A stretch of 64,000 nucleotides of DNA from Candidatus Woesearchaeota archaeon (GCA_002688315.1 NZCN01000002.1:38979-102978), one strand, 5' to 3'; shown: positions 47,895-57,178, counted from the first letter of the stretch. A program made the numbers and translations. The notes: a model not told the origin generated them from the sequence alone.

Positions 47895-49007
47895 TTAAGG
47901 TTTACTGAAAACAACAGCATCATATACAAACTCGCTAAAAACAGTCTCTCCGTTTTCATTAAAATGAAAATCATCTGGATAGTAAACATCGCCATCTTTT
48001 GCTCCCTCAATCAGGGCTTGGCTTGGGTCAAAGAAATTTATTCCCAGCTCTTCTGCGATTTCTCCAAGCTTTTCAGCGTAGGAAGTTATGCTGACATTTT
48101 CAGCTTTCAAATTGTTCTGCTGCAAAAACAAATCAAAGTCTGTTTTCTGGATTTCCAGTTTAGCTGGAACGTAAACAATGCTAAAGCTAACGTTTTTTTC
48201 GTCAAGAGTTTCTTTCATATCCCTGAGAATCAAAGCAGTGTTTCTCCATGCAAGCTCAACAGCTTCATTAGACTCTTTTGTGTAAGGGTCTACTCCAAAA
48301 TTCACGCTTTTCTGGGAAATTTTCGGTTTAGCGCCTACACCTATTAATCTTACAAACCTTCCGAGCTTGTCATTGTGTGCAGCATAAAACCTGACTGTCC
48401 AATGGCACGTGTTTAAGAATCTCGCGCAGTTAAGCAACGTTTTCTTTATAAATGGAATTTTTACAGGTGTTAAATCAATCACTTTGTCATCTTTAAATGC
48501 AAGCAAAAATGTGCTGGCAACGTTTTCAAGGTCATTATTGTAATAAGGCATTATCAATTGGTCTGGGTTGTATTTCAAGGCATTTTCAAGATATTTGAAC
48601 TGGTTTGCTGTTCCCCATGAGCCTGCGCCGTATGAAAGAACTTCGTAGCTTTCTTCAAACTCGTTGTTAAGTTTTTTCTCAACTAACCTTGAAAAGCGTT
48701 TTTCCGGTTCAATGTACAGTCCCATGGCAAACGAATCTCCTAATATGAAAATTCTTTTGTCAGTGCTTCTTTCTATTTGCGGGTTTTGGTAGACAAAGCC
48801 TGCGTCATTTGTTACTACATGCCCAATCCTGGCTCCCTCATGAGGCATATCCAGATTTTCTCCCATTCTATAAACTAGATTTTCATCAGGAATGTATGTT
48901 GCATAGTACGGAAACAAAAAGAAATGGAACAGAACTTCAGTAAAAACTAAAAGTATTGAGACTGTTATCATAAGTAATAATAAGTTTTTCAGGATGTTTT
49001 TAACCAT
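47895..49007 (-). CDS. Membrane-anchored SGNH/GDSL-fold hydrolase
   Basis: N-terminal TM, 'IFILGDSFAMGLY' (block I), 'SYGAGSWG' (block II), 'DDFHFNENGETV' (DxxH block). Confidence 0.6.
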   Translation of the reverse strand: MVKNILKNLLLLMITVSILLVFTEVLFHFFLFPYYATYIPDENLVYRMGENLDMPHEGARIGHVVTNDAGFVYQNPQIERSTDKRIFILGDSFAMGLYIEPEKRFSRLVEKKLNNEFEESYEVLSYGAGSWGTANQFKYLENALKYNPDQLIMPYYNNDLENVASTFLLAFKDDKVIDLTPVKIPFIKKTLLNCARFLNTCHWTVRFYAAHNDKLGRFVRLIGVGAKPKISQKSVNFGVDPYTKESNEAVELAWRNTALILRDMKETLDEKNVSFSIVYVPAKLEIQKTDFDLFLQQNNLKAENVSITSYAEKLGEIAEELGINFFDPSQALIEGAKDGDVYYPDDFHFNENGETVFSEFVYDAVVFSKP

Positions 49008-49088
49008 TCCAATCTAGCACAACTCTTTGTTTTTAAGCTTTACTGATAAAGAGGCTTAGTAGAAAATCTCGCTTCACTCACTTATGCT

Positions 49089-49141
49089 GCGCTTATTTTC
49101 TCTCCTCCCTAACTAAGGTAAGGAGGAGGAAAATAAGCGCG
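49089..49141. terminator. Long near-perfect intergenic inverted repeat (CTCCTCC family hairpin), downstream of 49220..49426
   Basis: 'gcgcttattttctctcctcc-ctaactaaggta-aggaggaggaaaataagcgc': ~20 bp stem. Confidence 0.4.
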
Positions 49142-49219
49142 TGACAATAACTTTCTAGAGAGGAGAAGAAAAGGGAAAACAAGCAAAAGAACAGTAGCGA
49201 GTAGAGTATGACAAATGTT

Positions 49220-49426
49220 CTAGAACAACGCGTAGATGAATGGGCTTAGTCCTGTGCTTTGCCCGAATATTATTAAGCCGCCTACCAAAACAAGCATTAG
49301 TATTGTTGGAAGCAGCCAGAATTTCTTGCGAATTCTCATAAAATTCCATAAGTCTGAAAGAACTGAAAAATGTCTCTGAACGAAACTCTTTTCTTTTTGT
49401 TCAGGCGCTATTGGCTCTGGTTCCAT
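49220..49426 (-). CDS. DUF5989-like small membrane protein (SxtK-like companion of carbamoyltransferases)
   Basis: 'LSDLWNFMRIRKKFWLLPTILMLVLVGGLIIFGQSTGLSPFIYALF'. Directly downstream of the carbamoyltransferase on the same strand. Paralog at 20963..21133. Confidence 0.5.
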   Translation of the reverse strand: MEPEPIAPEQKEKSFVQRHFSVLSDLWNFMRIRKKFWLLPTILMLVLVGGLIIFGQSTGLSPFIYALF

Positions 49427-49464
49427 AAACTCTCCAATTTATTCCTACTTTAAAAATTTTTTCA

Positions 49465-51192
49465 TTAGTCTTTCGCCAGGCTCTCAGAGTCCCACAAGTC
49501 TTTTTTGTTTTCGTTTCTGTCTATTAGGCAGTTTCCAACAACTAAATAGTCAATGCCTGTTCCTGTGAAGCAGCGGTAAGCGTGCTGGGGTGTCATTACT
49601 ATTGGCTCGCCTCTTATGTTAAATGACGTGTTTACCAATACAGGAACTCCGCTGTGTTTCTTGAACTCTTTTATTAGCTTGTAATACATGGGATTTTGTT
49701 TTTCTGTTATTGTTTGCAGCCTTCCGGTTCCGTCAACATGTGTTATTGCAGTGAGTATTAGCCTCATTTCTTCTCTTACAGGATAAACAAATGACATGAA
49801 CGGCACTTCCAAGTCAACTTCAAAGTATTTTTTTGCGTCTTCTAAAGGAACAACTGGCGCAAAAGGCCTGAATTGTTCGCGGTGTTTGACTTTCAAATTT
49901 AATATGTCTTTCATTTTAGGATTGCATGGGTTAGCGAGTATGCTTCTGTTTCCTAATGCACGCTCTCCAAATTCCATTCTTCCTTGGAACCATCCTATTA
50001 CATTGTTTTCCCACAAAAGTTTTGCTACTGTTTTAATCAATTCAGAATTTTTCAGTCTTTTGTATTTTACTTTCTTTTCATTCAGAAAGTTTTCAATGTA
50101 TGCTTCGTCATATCCTGGCCCGAAAAAAGTGTCAGTTATTTCATATCTTTTTTTGCTTCCTAATGCCATGTTCCAGACTGCCATGGCTGCTCCCTGGCTT
50201 GAGCCTGCATCACTTGGCGCTGGAGGCACGTAAACATTTTTGAATTTTGTATTCTTGGTTATTTTTCCGTTTGCAACGCTGTTCAATGAAACTCCTCCTG
50301 ACAAACAAAGGTTTTCTGACCCGCTAATTTTCTGTAAATGGTTGAGCATTTTGAAGTAAACTTCTTCAACTACTTTTTGAACCGAAGCTGCCAGGTCTTT
50401 ATGGTATTGCTCTACTTCAGATTCTTTTTCTCTTTCAGGCCCAAACTCTTCAACGAATTTTTTGCTGTGCATTTTAGCTTTGTAATGAAATACAAAGTAG
50501 CTCATGTCAAGCCTGTAGCTTCCGTCTTCTTTGATGTCTATAAGTTTCTTGACTTTGTCATAATATATTGGCTTTCCGTAAGGAGCAAGCCCCATTACTT
50601 TATACTCGTCATTGTTTACTTTGAATCCAAGATAACCTGTTACTGTGCTGTAGAGCAATCCCAATGAGTGTGGAAAATTTATTTCTTTAAGCAGTTTTAT
50701 GTTGTTGTCTTTTCCTGTTCCAAGAGTTGTTGTTGCCCATTCTCCAACACCGTCTGTTGTCATTATTGCTGCTTCTTTGAATGGTGAGGCAAAGAATGAG
50801 CCTGCTGCATGCGTTAAGTGGTGCTCAACATAGTAAATCTCTCCTCTGTAGCCGCATTTTTTGCTCATCAAGGAAGGTATTCTTAATTTTTCCATGGCCC
50901 ATGAAGGCAAAGCTTGAACAAAAGTTAATAATGATCTTGGAAACATTTCTAAGTGTGAGTTAAGAAGCCTTTCAAACTTCAGCATAGGTTTTTCGTAAAA
51001 CGCAACATAACTTACGTCTTTTATTGTAATTCCTGCTTCCCGCAGGCAGTATTTTATTGAGTTTATTGGAAAGTCTGTGTCATGCTTTTTCCTGCTCCAT
51101 CTTTCTTCCTGAGCTGCAGCTATTAGCTTTCCGTCTTTTATTATTGATGCTGAAGAGTCGTGGTAAAAGCAGGCAACTCCAAGTATGTACAT
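49465..51192 (-). CDS. Carbamoyltransferase, NodU/CmcH family (second copy)
   Basis: 'MYILGVACFYHDSSASIIKDGKLIAAAQEERWSRKKHDTDFP', 575 aa. Confidence 0.85.
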   Translation of the reverse strand: MYILGVACFYHDSSASIIKDGKLIAAAQEERWSRKKHDTDFPINSIKYCLREAGITIKDVSYVAFYEKPMLKFERLLNSHLEMFPRSLLTFVQALPSWAMEKLRIPSLMSKKCGYRGEIYYVEHHLTHAAGSFFASPFKEAAIMTTDGVGEWATTTLGTGKDNNIKLLKEINFPHSLGLLYSTVTGYLGFKVNNDEYKVMGLAPYGKPIYYDKVKKLIDIKEDGSYRLDMSYFVFHYKAKMHSKKFVEEFGPEREKESEVEQYHKDLAASVQKVVEEVYFKMLNHLQKISGSENLCLSGGVSLNSVANGKITKNTKFKNVYVPPAPSDAGSSQGAAMAVWNMALGSKKRYEITDTFFGPGYDEAYIENFLNEKKVKYKRLKNSELIKTVAKLLWENNVIGWFQGRMEFGERALGNRSILANPCNPKMKDILNLKVKHREQFRPFAPVVPLEDAKKYFEVDLEVPFMSFVYPVREEMRLILTAITHVDGTGRLQTITEKQNPMYYKLIKEFKKHSGVPVLVNTSFNIRGEPIVMTPQHAYRCFTGTGIDYLVVGNCLIDRNENKKDLWDSESLAKD

Positions 51193-51428
51193 TAGAAACT
51201 CCTCTTAAAATCTTCCAAGCTTATTTCCTTTCTTTCTGCCCAGTAGCTTTCTTTTTCAGGCTCAAGTTTTAGCTCAAGAAAATGTTTTCTGAAAGTTTTT
51301 GCAATCAAAGCAGAAAATCCTATTCCTAGAATGTAAACTACTGAAAGCAATACTCTGCTGTTAAATTCCCCTATTTTTTTCCCTACTTTGAGGAAGCCGT
51401 TCCAGAAGCTTTTGATTATTTTAATCAT
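51192..51428 (-). CDS. SxtJ-like small membrane protein (78 aa); stop overlaps the carbamoyltransferase start
   Basis: 'MIKIIKSFWNGFLKVGKKIGEFNSRVLLSVVYILGIGFSALIAK...'. Gene order SxtJ-like, carbamoyltransferase, DUF5989-like resembles the sxtI/J/K-type trio seen with carbamoyltransferases. Confidence 0.4.
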   Translation of the reverse strand: MIKIIKSFWNGFLKVGKKIGEFNSRVLLSVVYILGIGFSALIAKTFRKHFLELKLEPEKESYWAERKEISLEDFKRSF

Positions 51429-51429
51429 G

Positions 51430-51774
51430 CTAATCTTTCTTTTTCTTTTTTTCTTTTTCTATTGCCATGTTTCTTACTAGTTCTTCAACTCTTTTGTCTG
51501 TATTTCTGGCAACACGATAAGTGTAGAATGTGGTTGCTATCAGAAACATGAATCCCAGTATTATGAATAAGTCTAGTTTTCTTCCGAGGTTAAGGCTTCT
51601 TACTATTGGGTCAAGCACTTGCGGAAATACTGATAGGGTTGCAAACAAAATTGCAAACAATGCCCAAAAGCTCCATTCTGTCAAGGTAAATTCTTTTTTC
51701 TTGTAGTACAGAAATGACATGTAAAGTATGAATGCGCTAAATACTAATCCAAATACTTGTATTCCCAATGGCAT
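51430..51774 (-). CDS. Small membrane protein (114 aa, 3-4 TM), DUF2304-like GT2 companion
   Basis: Hydrophobic ORF with a K-rich C-terminus, immediately downstream of the GT2 at 51827..52486. Confidence 0.35.
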   Translation of the reverse strand: MPLGIQVFGLVFSAFILYMSFLYYKKKEFTLTEWSFWALFAILFATLSVFPQVLDPIVRSLNLGRKLDLFIILGFMFLIATTFYTYRVARNTDKRVEELVRNMAIEKEKKKKKD

Positions 51775-51826
51775 TTTTTGTTATCCCTCTGTTTTTTTGA
51801 AATTACCGCTGTTTTTTAAATTTATT

Positions 51827-52486
51827 TCATTTGCTTAGCTTCCACCATAGCATTCTCATGGCTATGTTTATTCCGTCAAACACAGTAGTTCCTTTATATT
51901 TGTCATTGTAAACAGTTTCTATTGGAAGTTGTTTGAATTTTAATTTGTGTTTTCCTGTTTTTGCAGCTATCTCAGATTCTATATTGTAGTCGCTTGATAT
52001 CAAGCCAAGCTTTTTGTAAGCATCTGTGGTCATTGCTTTGAAACCGCATTGAGTGTCTTTTATTCTTATGTTAAACAGGATGCTCAGAAGCGTATTCAGT
52101 ACAAAGTTTCCTATTTTTTTAATTAAAGGCATGTTCATGCTTTTGAGGTTTCTGTAAGTGAAAACAACATCAATGTTTTTAAGCTCATTTAGCAGTCTTG
52201 GAAGGTCTTTTGGGTTGTGCTGTCCGTCGCTGTCAATGAAAATAATTGTGTCTGCTCCATGTTTGCCTGCGTATTCTATGCCTGTTTTTAGTGCAGCTCC
52301 TTTCCCGAGGTTTATTGGATGTCTTAAAACGATTACTTTTGTTTTCTTTGCTTCTTGGTATGTTTTGTCTTTTGAGCCGTCATCTACTACAACTATGTTT
52401 TTGCTGTATTTTTTTATTTCATTCACTACTTTTGCTATGTGCTTCTCTTCGTTAAACGCAGGTATTATTACAAACGGTTTTTTCAT
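51827..52486 (-). CDS. GT2 glycosyltransferase, Dpm1-like catalytic subunit (no TM)
   Basis: 'FVIIPAFNEEKHI', 'VVDDGSKDKT' and 'FIDSDGQHNPKDL'. 10 nt downstream of aglB. Confidence 0.75.
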   Translation of the reverse strand: MKKPFVIIPAFNEEKHIAKVVNEIKKYSKNIVVVDDGSKDKTYQEAKKTKVIVLRHPINLGKGAALKTGIEYAGKHGADTIIFIDSDGQHNPKDLPRLLNELKNIDVVFTYRNLKSMNMPLIKKIGNFVLNTLLSILFNIRIKDTQCGFKAMTTDAYKKLGLISSDYNIESEIAAKTGKHKLKFKQLPIETVYNDKYKGTTVFDGINIAMRMLWWKLSK

Positions 52487-52496
52487 TTTCTTACCT

Positions 52497-55400
52497 TTAC
52501 TTTATTTCCGCAATTTTAACTTTGAAATAAAGCGTTGTGTTGAAAAATACGTGGCTTGGATCAGTATATCCTTGCTCTGGCTCAACAGTTATTATTTTTT
52601 CTTCATTTAGCTTTGTTCCTAAGATTCCTTTTTCAAATCCAGGTATTACTGAGTTTAATCCTGTAGTGAATGCCATTGAATCATGCGGGTATTCGTCAAT
52701 GCCAGTTTCCTTAGTTACTCCTTTACCTCTGAAATCATTTATTGAGCTGTCAAACACTGTTCCATCCTCTAAATATCCTATATAGTTAACCATGACTTCA
52801 TCGCCTAAACTTACTTCGGTTTTTTCTTCTACTGGTTTAAGTTCGTTCATTATGTTTTGCTGCTTTCCTTCCCAGTCAACTTGCCATACCCATATGTTGG
52901 TTCCTGTAAAACTCTGCTGTCTTGTTAAAAGTTTGAAATATTTTAAGCTGTGTCCTTGCATGTAAAACATTTTTGCAAACATTCCATCAACTAATTCAGG
53001 GCTTCCTACAATCCTGTTATAGTTTCCTCCTGATGGAATGAGCAGTATTCCTAAATTTTGAGGCACTGTATTGTTATCAAACGTTTTCTTAATAACTTCT
53101 CCTTCAGCAGTAGGGTAGCTTATTGAAATTGGGTGCTGGTTTCCTTGTGGTGTTGGATACCATGCATTGTAGTCTGCAGGGTCAACAATTAATCCGTCTC
53201 CGCATTTTATTAGTTCATCAACAATGCTGCATCCATGCACTCCTCCTGAAAAACCGTTCCATGGTCCTATCCATGCATCTGCAGCTCCGTCATTTGAAAT
53301 TCCCTGCATTTGTTCATAAATGCTGTTTGCTTCTTCCTCGCTCATTTCATGTGTTTCTTTCATGTATTGCACTGCTTCTTCTCTTGGCTTTCCTCCAACT
53401 GCTTTCCATATGTCTGCTTTGGTGTAGTCCCAGGCTCCAAAGTGTCCCCATACTCCGGATTTGCCTATCATGTCTTCAGAAGCAATTACAAATGATTCAG
53501 GCGGGTTGCAATGTGTTAATTCCAAAATTTCATTTGCTTCCTGCTCACTCAATTCTTCTTCCAAAAGAACTTGTTTTGCTCCATCTCTGTCAAGCATTAT
53601 TATCTTTTTGGTAAGCTTAACAGCATAAACATTATCTTTTCCTGATTTTTTCTCTAATTCATGAGTTCCAAAATGCGCTCCGCAGTTAAGCATTCTTAAT
53701 ATGCCTATTGCTTCTCGCTCGTCGCTTGTGCTGAAAAATCTGCCTACCCAATGCGCTTGAGGAAATGCTTGAGTTGTTCCGTCAAAAGTTACAGCTCTGT
53801 CAGCCAAGGATTTGAAATGGTGTCCAAAGTCCCACCACGAGGTTATTATTGCGTCTTCTTTTGAGTTTTCTTTTATGCTGTTTAATGAGTTAAACCATGC
53901 GTCGTTTATTAGAGGAACATCATTGTTTACTACGTTTCGCGCAGCGTTAACTACGTCGCTGTTAAAAGTTGGTCCTGGAAACATCATGAATAACATGGCG
54001 AAGACAATAGTCATTACAATCAATTTGTTAAATTTGAATTGCTTGCTTGTCCATGCTCCCACATATCCTGTGATGAGGCCAAAGACAATGCCAAATGCTA
54101 TGCTGAATGCAGGCACTAAAAGAAGAACAAATCTAATTCCTTTTGTTACAGCATACAAAGTTGCTATGAACCATATTGTAAGCACAACCGCATAAAACAA
54201 ATCTCTTACTATTTTTTCATTGTCTCTTTCCTTTTTGTAGGCTTCAAATGCCGCTCTTGCTATTATGAGGATTATTCCAAAAACTGCAATGTAAAAAAGT
54301 GAGCTTCCAATCTGGTTTATTGCTTGCTGCGCTGTTCCTTCGTTAAGTTCTGCTACTGTTCTCAGAACGTTTGGAGCTGCACTTCCAACCACAGGTGTTT
54401 TTAGCGTCCTAAAGCCTATGGATGCTACAGGAGTTAATAAGAAAGTGCTCAACCCAGATGTTATGGTCATAGTAATGCCAGTAACTGCAAAGTACGTTGC
54501 TGTAATAGTGATTATTTTTCTGGAAACACTATTCTTAAGACTGTTTAACCCGTTTTTTATCACTGTGCCTTTTCCAGTAAAGGCTTGGTAAAGCACAAAC
54601 AATCCGAAAGTTGCTGCTGCTGAAGCTAAAATAAAGTCAAATATCCACCACCAGCCTCCCCACGTAAGGCTGTACAAAGTTGTTGCAATTCCTGAAAGAG
54701 CTGCAAACACGATTTTCAGCATTATTCTTTTTGCAGAAACTGCTTCAATGAAAAGCCACAGCACAAGCACTGCAAAAAATATGACTATTGCATCTGAATC
54801 CCCATGCCCGAACTGGGTTCTGTTGATTAAAGCTGCATGCACTCCCACCATTGTTGCTGCAAAAAATGCAGCTACGTTTCCAGCTATTCTTCTTGTTAGC
54901 AAGAACACAATTAATGTGGAAAGCGCTGATATGAAAACAGGATAAAACATTAATGCTCTTTGCAGCTCAAGGCCTGGCTTGAATATTTTTGCAACGTTGT
55001 AAAACAAAACTATGGATTGTGGATAAAAAGTATCTTTAGGAGCAATCATTCTTCCTACAGGCGCAAATTGGTGGTTATCCCATTGCATGCCATCTCTGAT
55101 TTCATCTCCTACGTGCCCTTTCTCAACTATGTTTCTGGAATATCTCCACCAGTAATAAGGGTCAATGTCAGGCATGTAGTTTTTTCCAGTTTCATCTTGG
55201 TAGAATGTTTTGAATTGCTGCGAGGCAATTTCAATCTGTTGCTGCAGGTTTATTGTTTGCCCTGCAAACTGGCTTGTTTTGAAAGTGTATGTTCCTGCCC
55301 TCTTTGCTTTATTAAGTTCTTCCGCAGCAAGCTGCTGCCTGTTGCTGTCCGGCAGATTCGGATATGTTTGGCTTACAAAACTGGCAATGTCATTGTTTAT

Positions 55401-55913
55401 TGTTTGATCAATGCTGTTTCTTGCCCAATTATCTGTAAAACCTAACTCTCCTGATTGCATTCTTAAGTTGAATCCAATTCCAACGCTAACAACTATTCCT
55501 AGAATCAAAAACAAAGTCATGTGATATTTCTTCAGAAAATTCATAACAGAACTGATATCGAAGTCTTCATCACCTTTGCTTTCTTTAGCTCCGCTTTTTG
55601 CTCCCTTAAAAATTCCTTTTATGCCGGCAATTGCTTTTCCAACATCTATTTCATCTTTGCTGTCATCGCTTTTACTGGTTTCGTGTTCAATTTTTTTATC
55701 ATTTTCTTTAACATCTTCCGCTTTATGTTCGCTTTTAGTTTCATTTTTGCTATCAACAGTAGTTGCAGAAATAGGTTCTTTTCCTTCAGAACTTTTTTTT
55801 CTCTTAAACAAGCCTGTTATCTTTCCAAAGTCAATCTCAACATCTTCATCTTTTTTATCTTCAACGACTTTTATGTTATCACCATAATCTTTCTTATCCT
55901 GAGATTCAGCCAT
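52497..55913 (-). CDS. aglB: Oligosaccharyltransferase AglB/STT3 with an N-terminal K/E/D-rich extension and a C-terminal FKBP-type PPIase domain fused in frame
   Basis: 1138-aa continuous ORF. ~13 TM helices, then 'ITSWWDFGHHF' (the WWDYG-type OST catalytic motif). The last ~110 aa, 'GDEVMVNYIGYLEDGTVFDSS...GLNSVIPGFEKGILG', align with the standalone FKBP at 13877..14305. The first ~135 aa are Lys/Glu/Asp-rich. Confidence 0.8.
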   Translation of the reverse strand: MAESQDKKDYGDNIKVVEDKKDEDVEIDFGKITGLFKRKKSSEGKEPISATTVDSKNETKSEHKAEDVKENDKKIEHETSKSDDSKDEIDVGKAIAGIKGIFKGAKSGAKESKGDEDFDISSVMNFLKKYHMTLFLILGIVVSVGIGFNLRMQSGELGFTDNWARNSIDQTINNDIASFVSQTYPNLPDSNRQQLAAEELNKAKRAGTYTFKTSQFAGQTINLQQQIEIASQQFKTFYQDETGKNYMPDIDPYYWWRYSRNIVEKGHVGDEIRDGMQWDNHQFAPVGRMIAPKDTFYPQSIVLFYNVAKIFKPGLELQRALMFYPVFISALSTLIVFLLTRRIAGNVAAFFAATMVGVHAALINRTQFGHGDSDAIVIFFAVLVLWLFIEAVSAKRIMLKIVFAALSGIATTLYSLTWGGWWWIFDFILASAAATFGLFVLYQAFTGKGTVIKNGLNSLKNSVSRKIITITATYFAVTGITMTITSGLSTFLLTPVASIGFRTLKTPVVGSAAPNVLRTVAELNEGTAQQAINQIGSSLFYIAVFGIILIIARAAFEAYKKERDNEKIVRDLFYAVVLTIWFIATLYAVTKGIRFVLLLVPAFSIAFGIVFGLITGYVGAWTSKQFKFNKLIVMTIVFAMLFMMFPGPTFNSDVVNAARNVVNNDVPLINDAWFNSLNSIKENSKEDAIITSWWDFGHHFKSLADRAVTFDGTTQAFPQAHWVGRFFSTSDEREAIGILRMLNCGAHFGTHELEKKSGKDNVYAVKLTKKIIMLDRDGAKQVLLEEELSEQEANEILELTHCNPPESFVIASEDMIGKSGVWGHFGAWDYTKADIWKAVGGKPREEAVQYMKETHEMSEEEANSIYEQMQGISNDGAADAWIGPWNGFSGGVHGCSIVDELIKCGDGLIVDPADYNAWYPTPQGNQHPISISYPTAEGEVIKKTFDNNTVPQNLGILLIPSGGNYNRIVGSPELVDGMFAKMFYMQGHSLKYFKLLTRQQSFTGTNIWVWQVDWEGKQQNIMNELKPVEEKTEVSLGDEVMVNYIGYLEDGTVFDSSINDFRGKGVTKETGIDEYPHDSMAFTTGLNSVIPGFEKGILGTKLNEEKIITVEPEQGYTDPSHVFFNTTLYFKVKIAEIK

Positions 55914-55932
55914 AAATTGAGAACATATGAAT

Positions 55933-55944
55933 TATTTATAAAGT
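55933..55944 (-). promoter_or_regulatory. Putative TATA box (archaeal) ~25-30 nt upstream of the aglB ATG
   Basis: Minus-strand 'ctttataaataattcatatgttctcaattt-ATG'. Confidence 0.3.
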
Positions 55945-55956
55945 TATTGCCCAAAA

Positions 55957-57069
55957 TCAAAACAACAATTTTCTTGACAAAAGCAGCAGTTTTGGCTCTT
56001 GCATCAGCAGTTTGAGCGCAAACTTTCTTGGTTCGTCTCTGTCAAAGGTTTCAAGGATTTTTTTATTTTTATCGCTGCTGAAAATTCTTATCAATTTGTT
56101 ATATTCGTTATCAGAAAACTTGTTCATTATCTTCCTCATCATTAGTGAAAGCCATAAATCTCTGCCAATTTTTGCTTTCCATAGCTTTTTGTAATCTTTT
56201 CCTGTTTCAATTGCTTCAGTAACAGCAGTTGCAGCTATCAGGCTCTGATTTATGCCGCCCAGTGTTGTTGACTTAATCATTGTTGCAGCATCTCCTGCAA
56301 GCAAAATTTTTCCTTTTTGTGTTTTCGCTTTTGGATTGTGAAGCGGAATAGGCCCTGCCTGGTGCGCTATTATCTTTTTCTTGTAGTCTTTTCCCACTGC
56401 TCTTGCCATAAACTCGTCAAAATATATGCTGGCTTGGTTAGAAACAGCAATCCCTGCCCTCACTATTTTATTATTTTCAGGAACAGTCCATGCTATTCCT
56501 TTCTCTGAAGGATAGAACTCTATTATATTGTCATTTTCTAAGTTCGCAGTAACTTGCAGCCCAACATAGAATTTTCTGTTTTCAAACAAGCCAGAAGATT
56601 TTGCTACTTCGCTTCTCGGTCCGTCTGCTCCAATAAGCCAGTCGCTTTCAACTTTGATAACATTTCCCAGGTTCTTGTTTTTGATGCTTGCTGTAATTTT
56701 TCCATTGCTTTGCTCTAATCCAATAAAGCGGTGGTTAACATAATACTTTGCTCCTGCTTCTTTTGCAAGCCCTGCAATGTGCTGGTCCATTCTTGCTCTG
56801 TCAACAATAATGTCGTTCTTTAGTTTTACTTCAACAGAATTTCCATCAGGAGCTATTATGCGGGCTTTTTCTATTCTATTAATAATAATGTTTTCCGGCA
56901 GTCTTATTTGTTTTGAAAGAACATCTCCTGTTATTACGCCTGTGCAGGCCCATGGTATTCCAATCACAGGCTGTTCGTCATAAACCGCAACATCATAGCC
57001 TTTTTTCGCAAGCAAGTAAGCGCTATAATTGCCTGCAGGCCCTGCTCCTATTATAGAGACTTTAGTCAT
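55957..57069 (-). CDS. Geranylgeranyl reductase-family FAD-dependent oxidoreductase (possible dolichol/polyprenol reductase)
   Basis: 'VSIIGAGPAGNYSAYLLAKKGYDVAVYDEQ' (FAD Rossmann of GGR family), 370 aa. Immediately upstream of aglB on the same strand. Confidence 0.75.
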   Translation of the reverse strand: MTKVSIIGAGPAGNYSAYLLAKKGYDVAVYDEQPVIGIPWACTGVITGDVLSKQIRLPENIIINRIEKARIIAPDGNSVEVKLKNDIIVDRARMDQHIAGLAKEAGAKYYVNHRFIGLEQSNGKITASIKNKNLGNVIKVESDWLIGADGPRSEVAKSSGLFENRKFYVGLQVTANLENDNIIEFYPSEKGIAWTVPENNKIVRAGIAVSNQASIYFDEFMARAVGKDYKKKIIAHQAGPIPLHNPKAKTQKGKILLAGDAATMIKSTTLGGINQSLIAATAVTEAIETGKDYKKLWKAKIGRDLWLSLMMRKIMNKFSDNEYNKLIRIFSSDKNKKILETFDRDEPRKFALKLLMQEPKLLLLSRKLLF

Positions 57070-57178
57070 TGCACTTAGGAAACTTCAGCAGCTTTATATT
57101 GATTTACGTTTTCAACACAAAACTCTTAATCACCCATCAAGCATTCTTTTACCCATTATCCAATAGTAACAATAGAAA

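Noticed and set aside
49155-49349. 64-aa ORF spanning the long inverted repeat and the 3' end of the DUF5989-like gene
   Set aside because: It overlaps a structured intergenic hairpin and a better-supported small gene on the same strand in another frame.
52497-52830. FKBP domain at the aglB 3' end as a separate downstream gene
   Set aside because: The reading frame is continuous from the STT3 core through the FKBP segment, with no stop and no internal start or ribosome-binding-site context. A sequencing frameshift cannot be excluded without reads, so a check is suggested in the findings.
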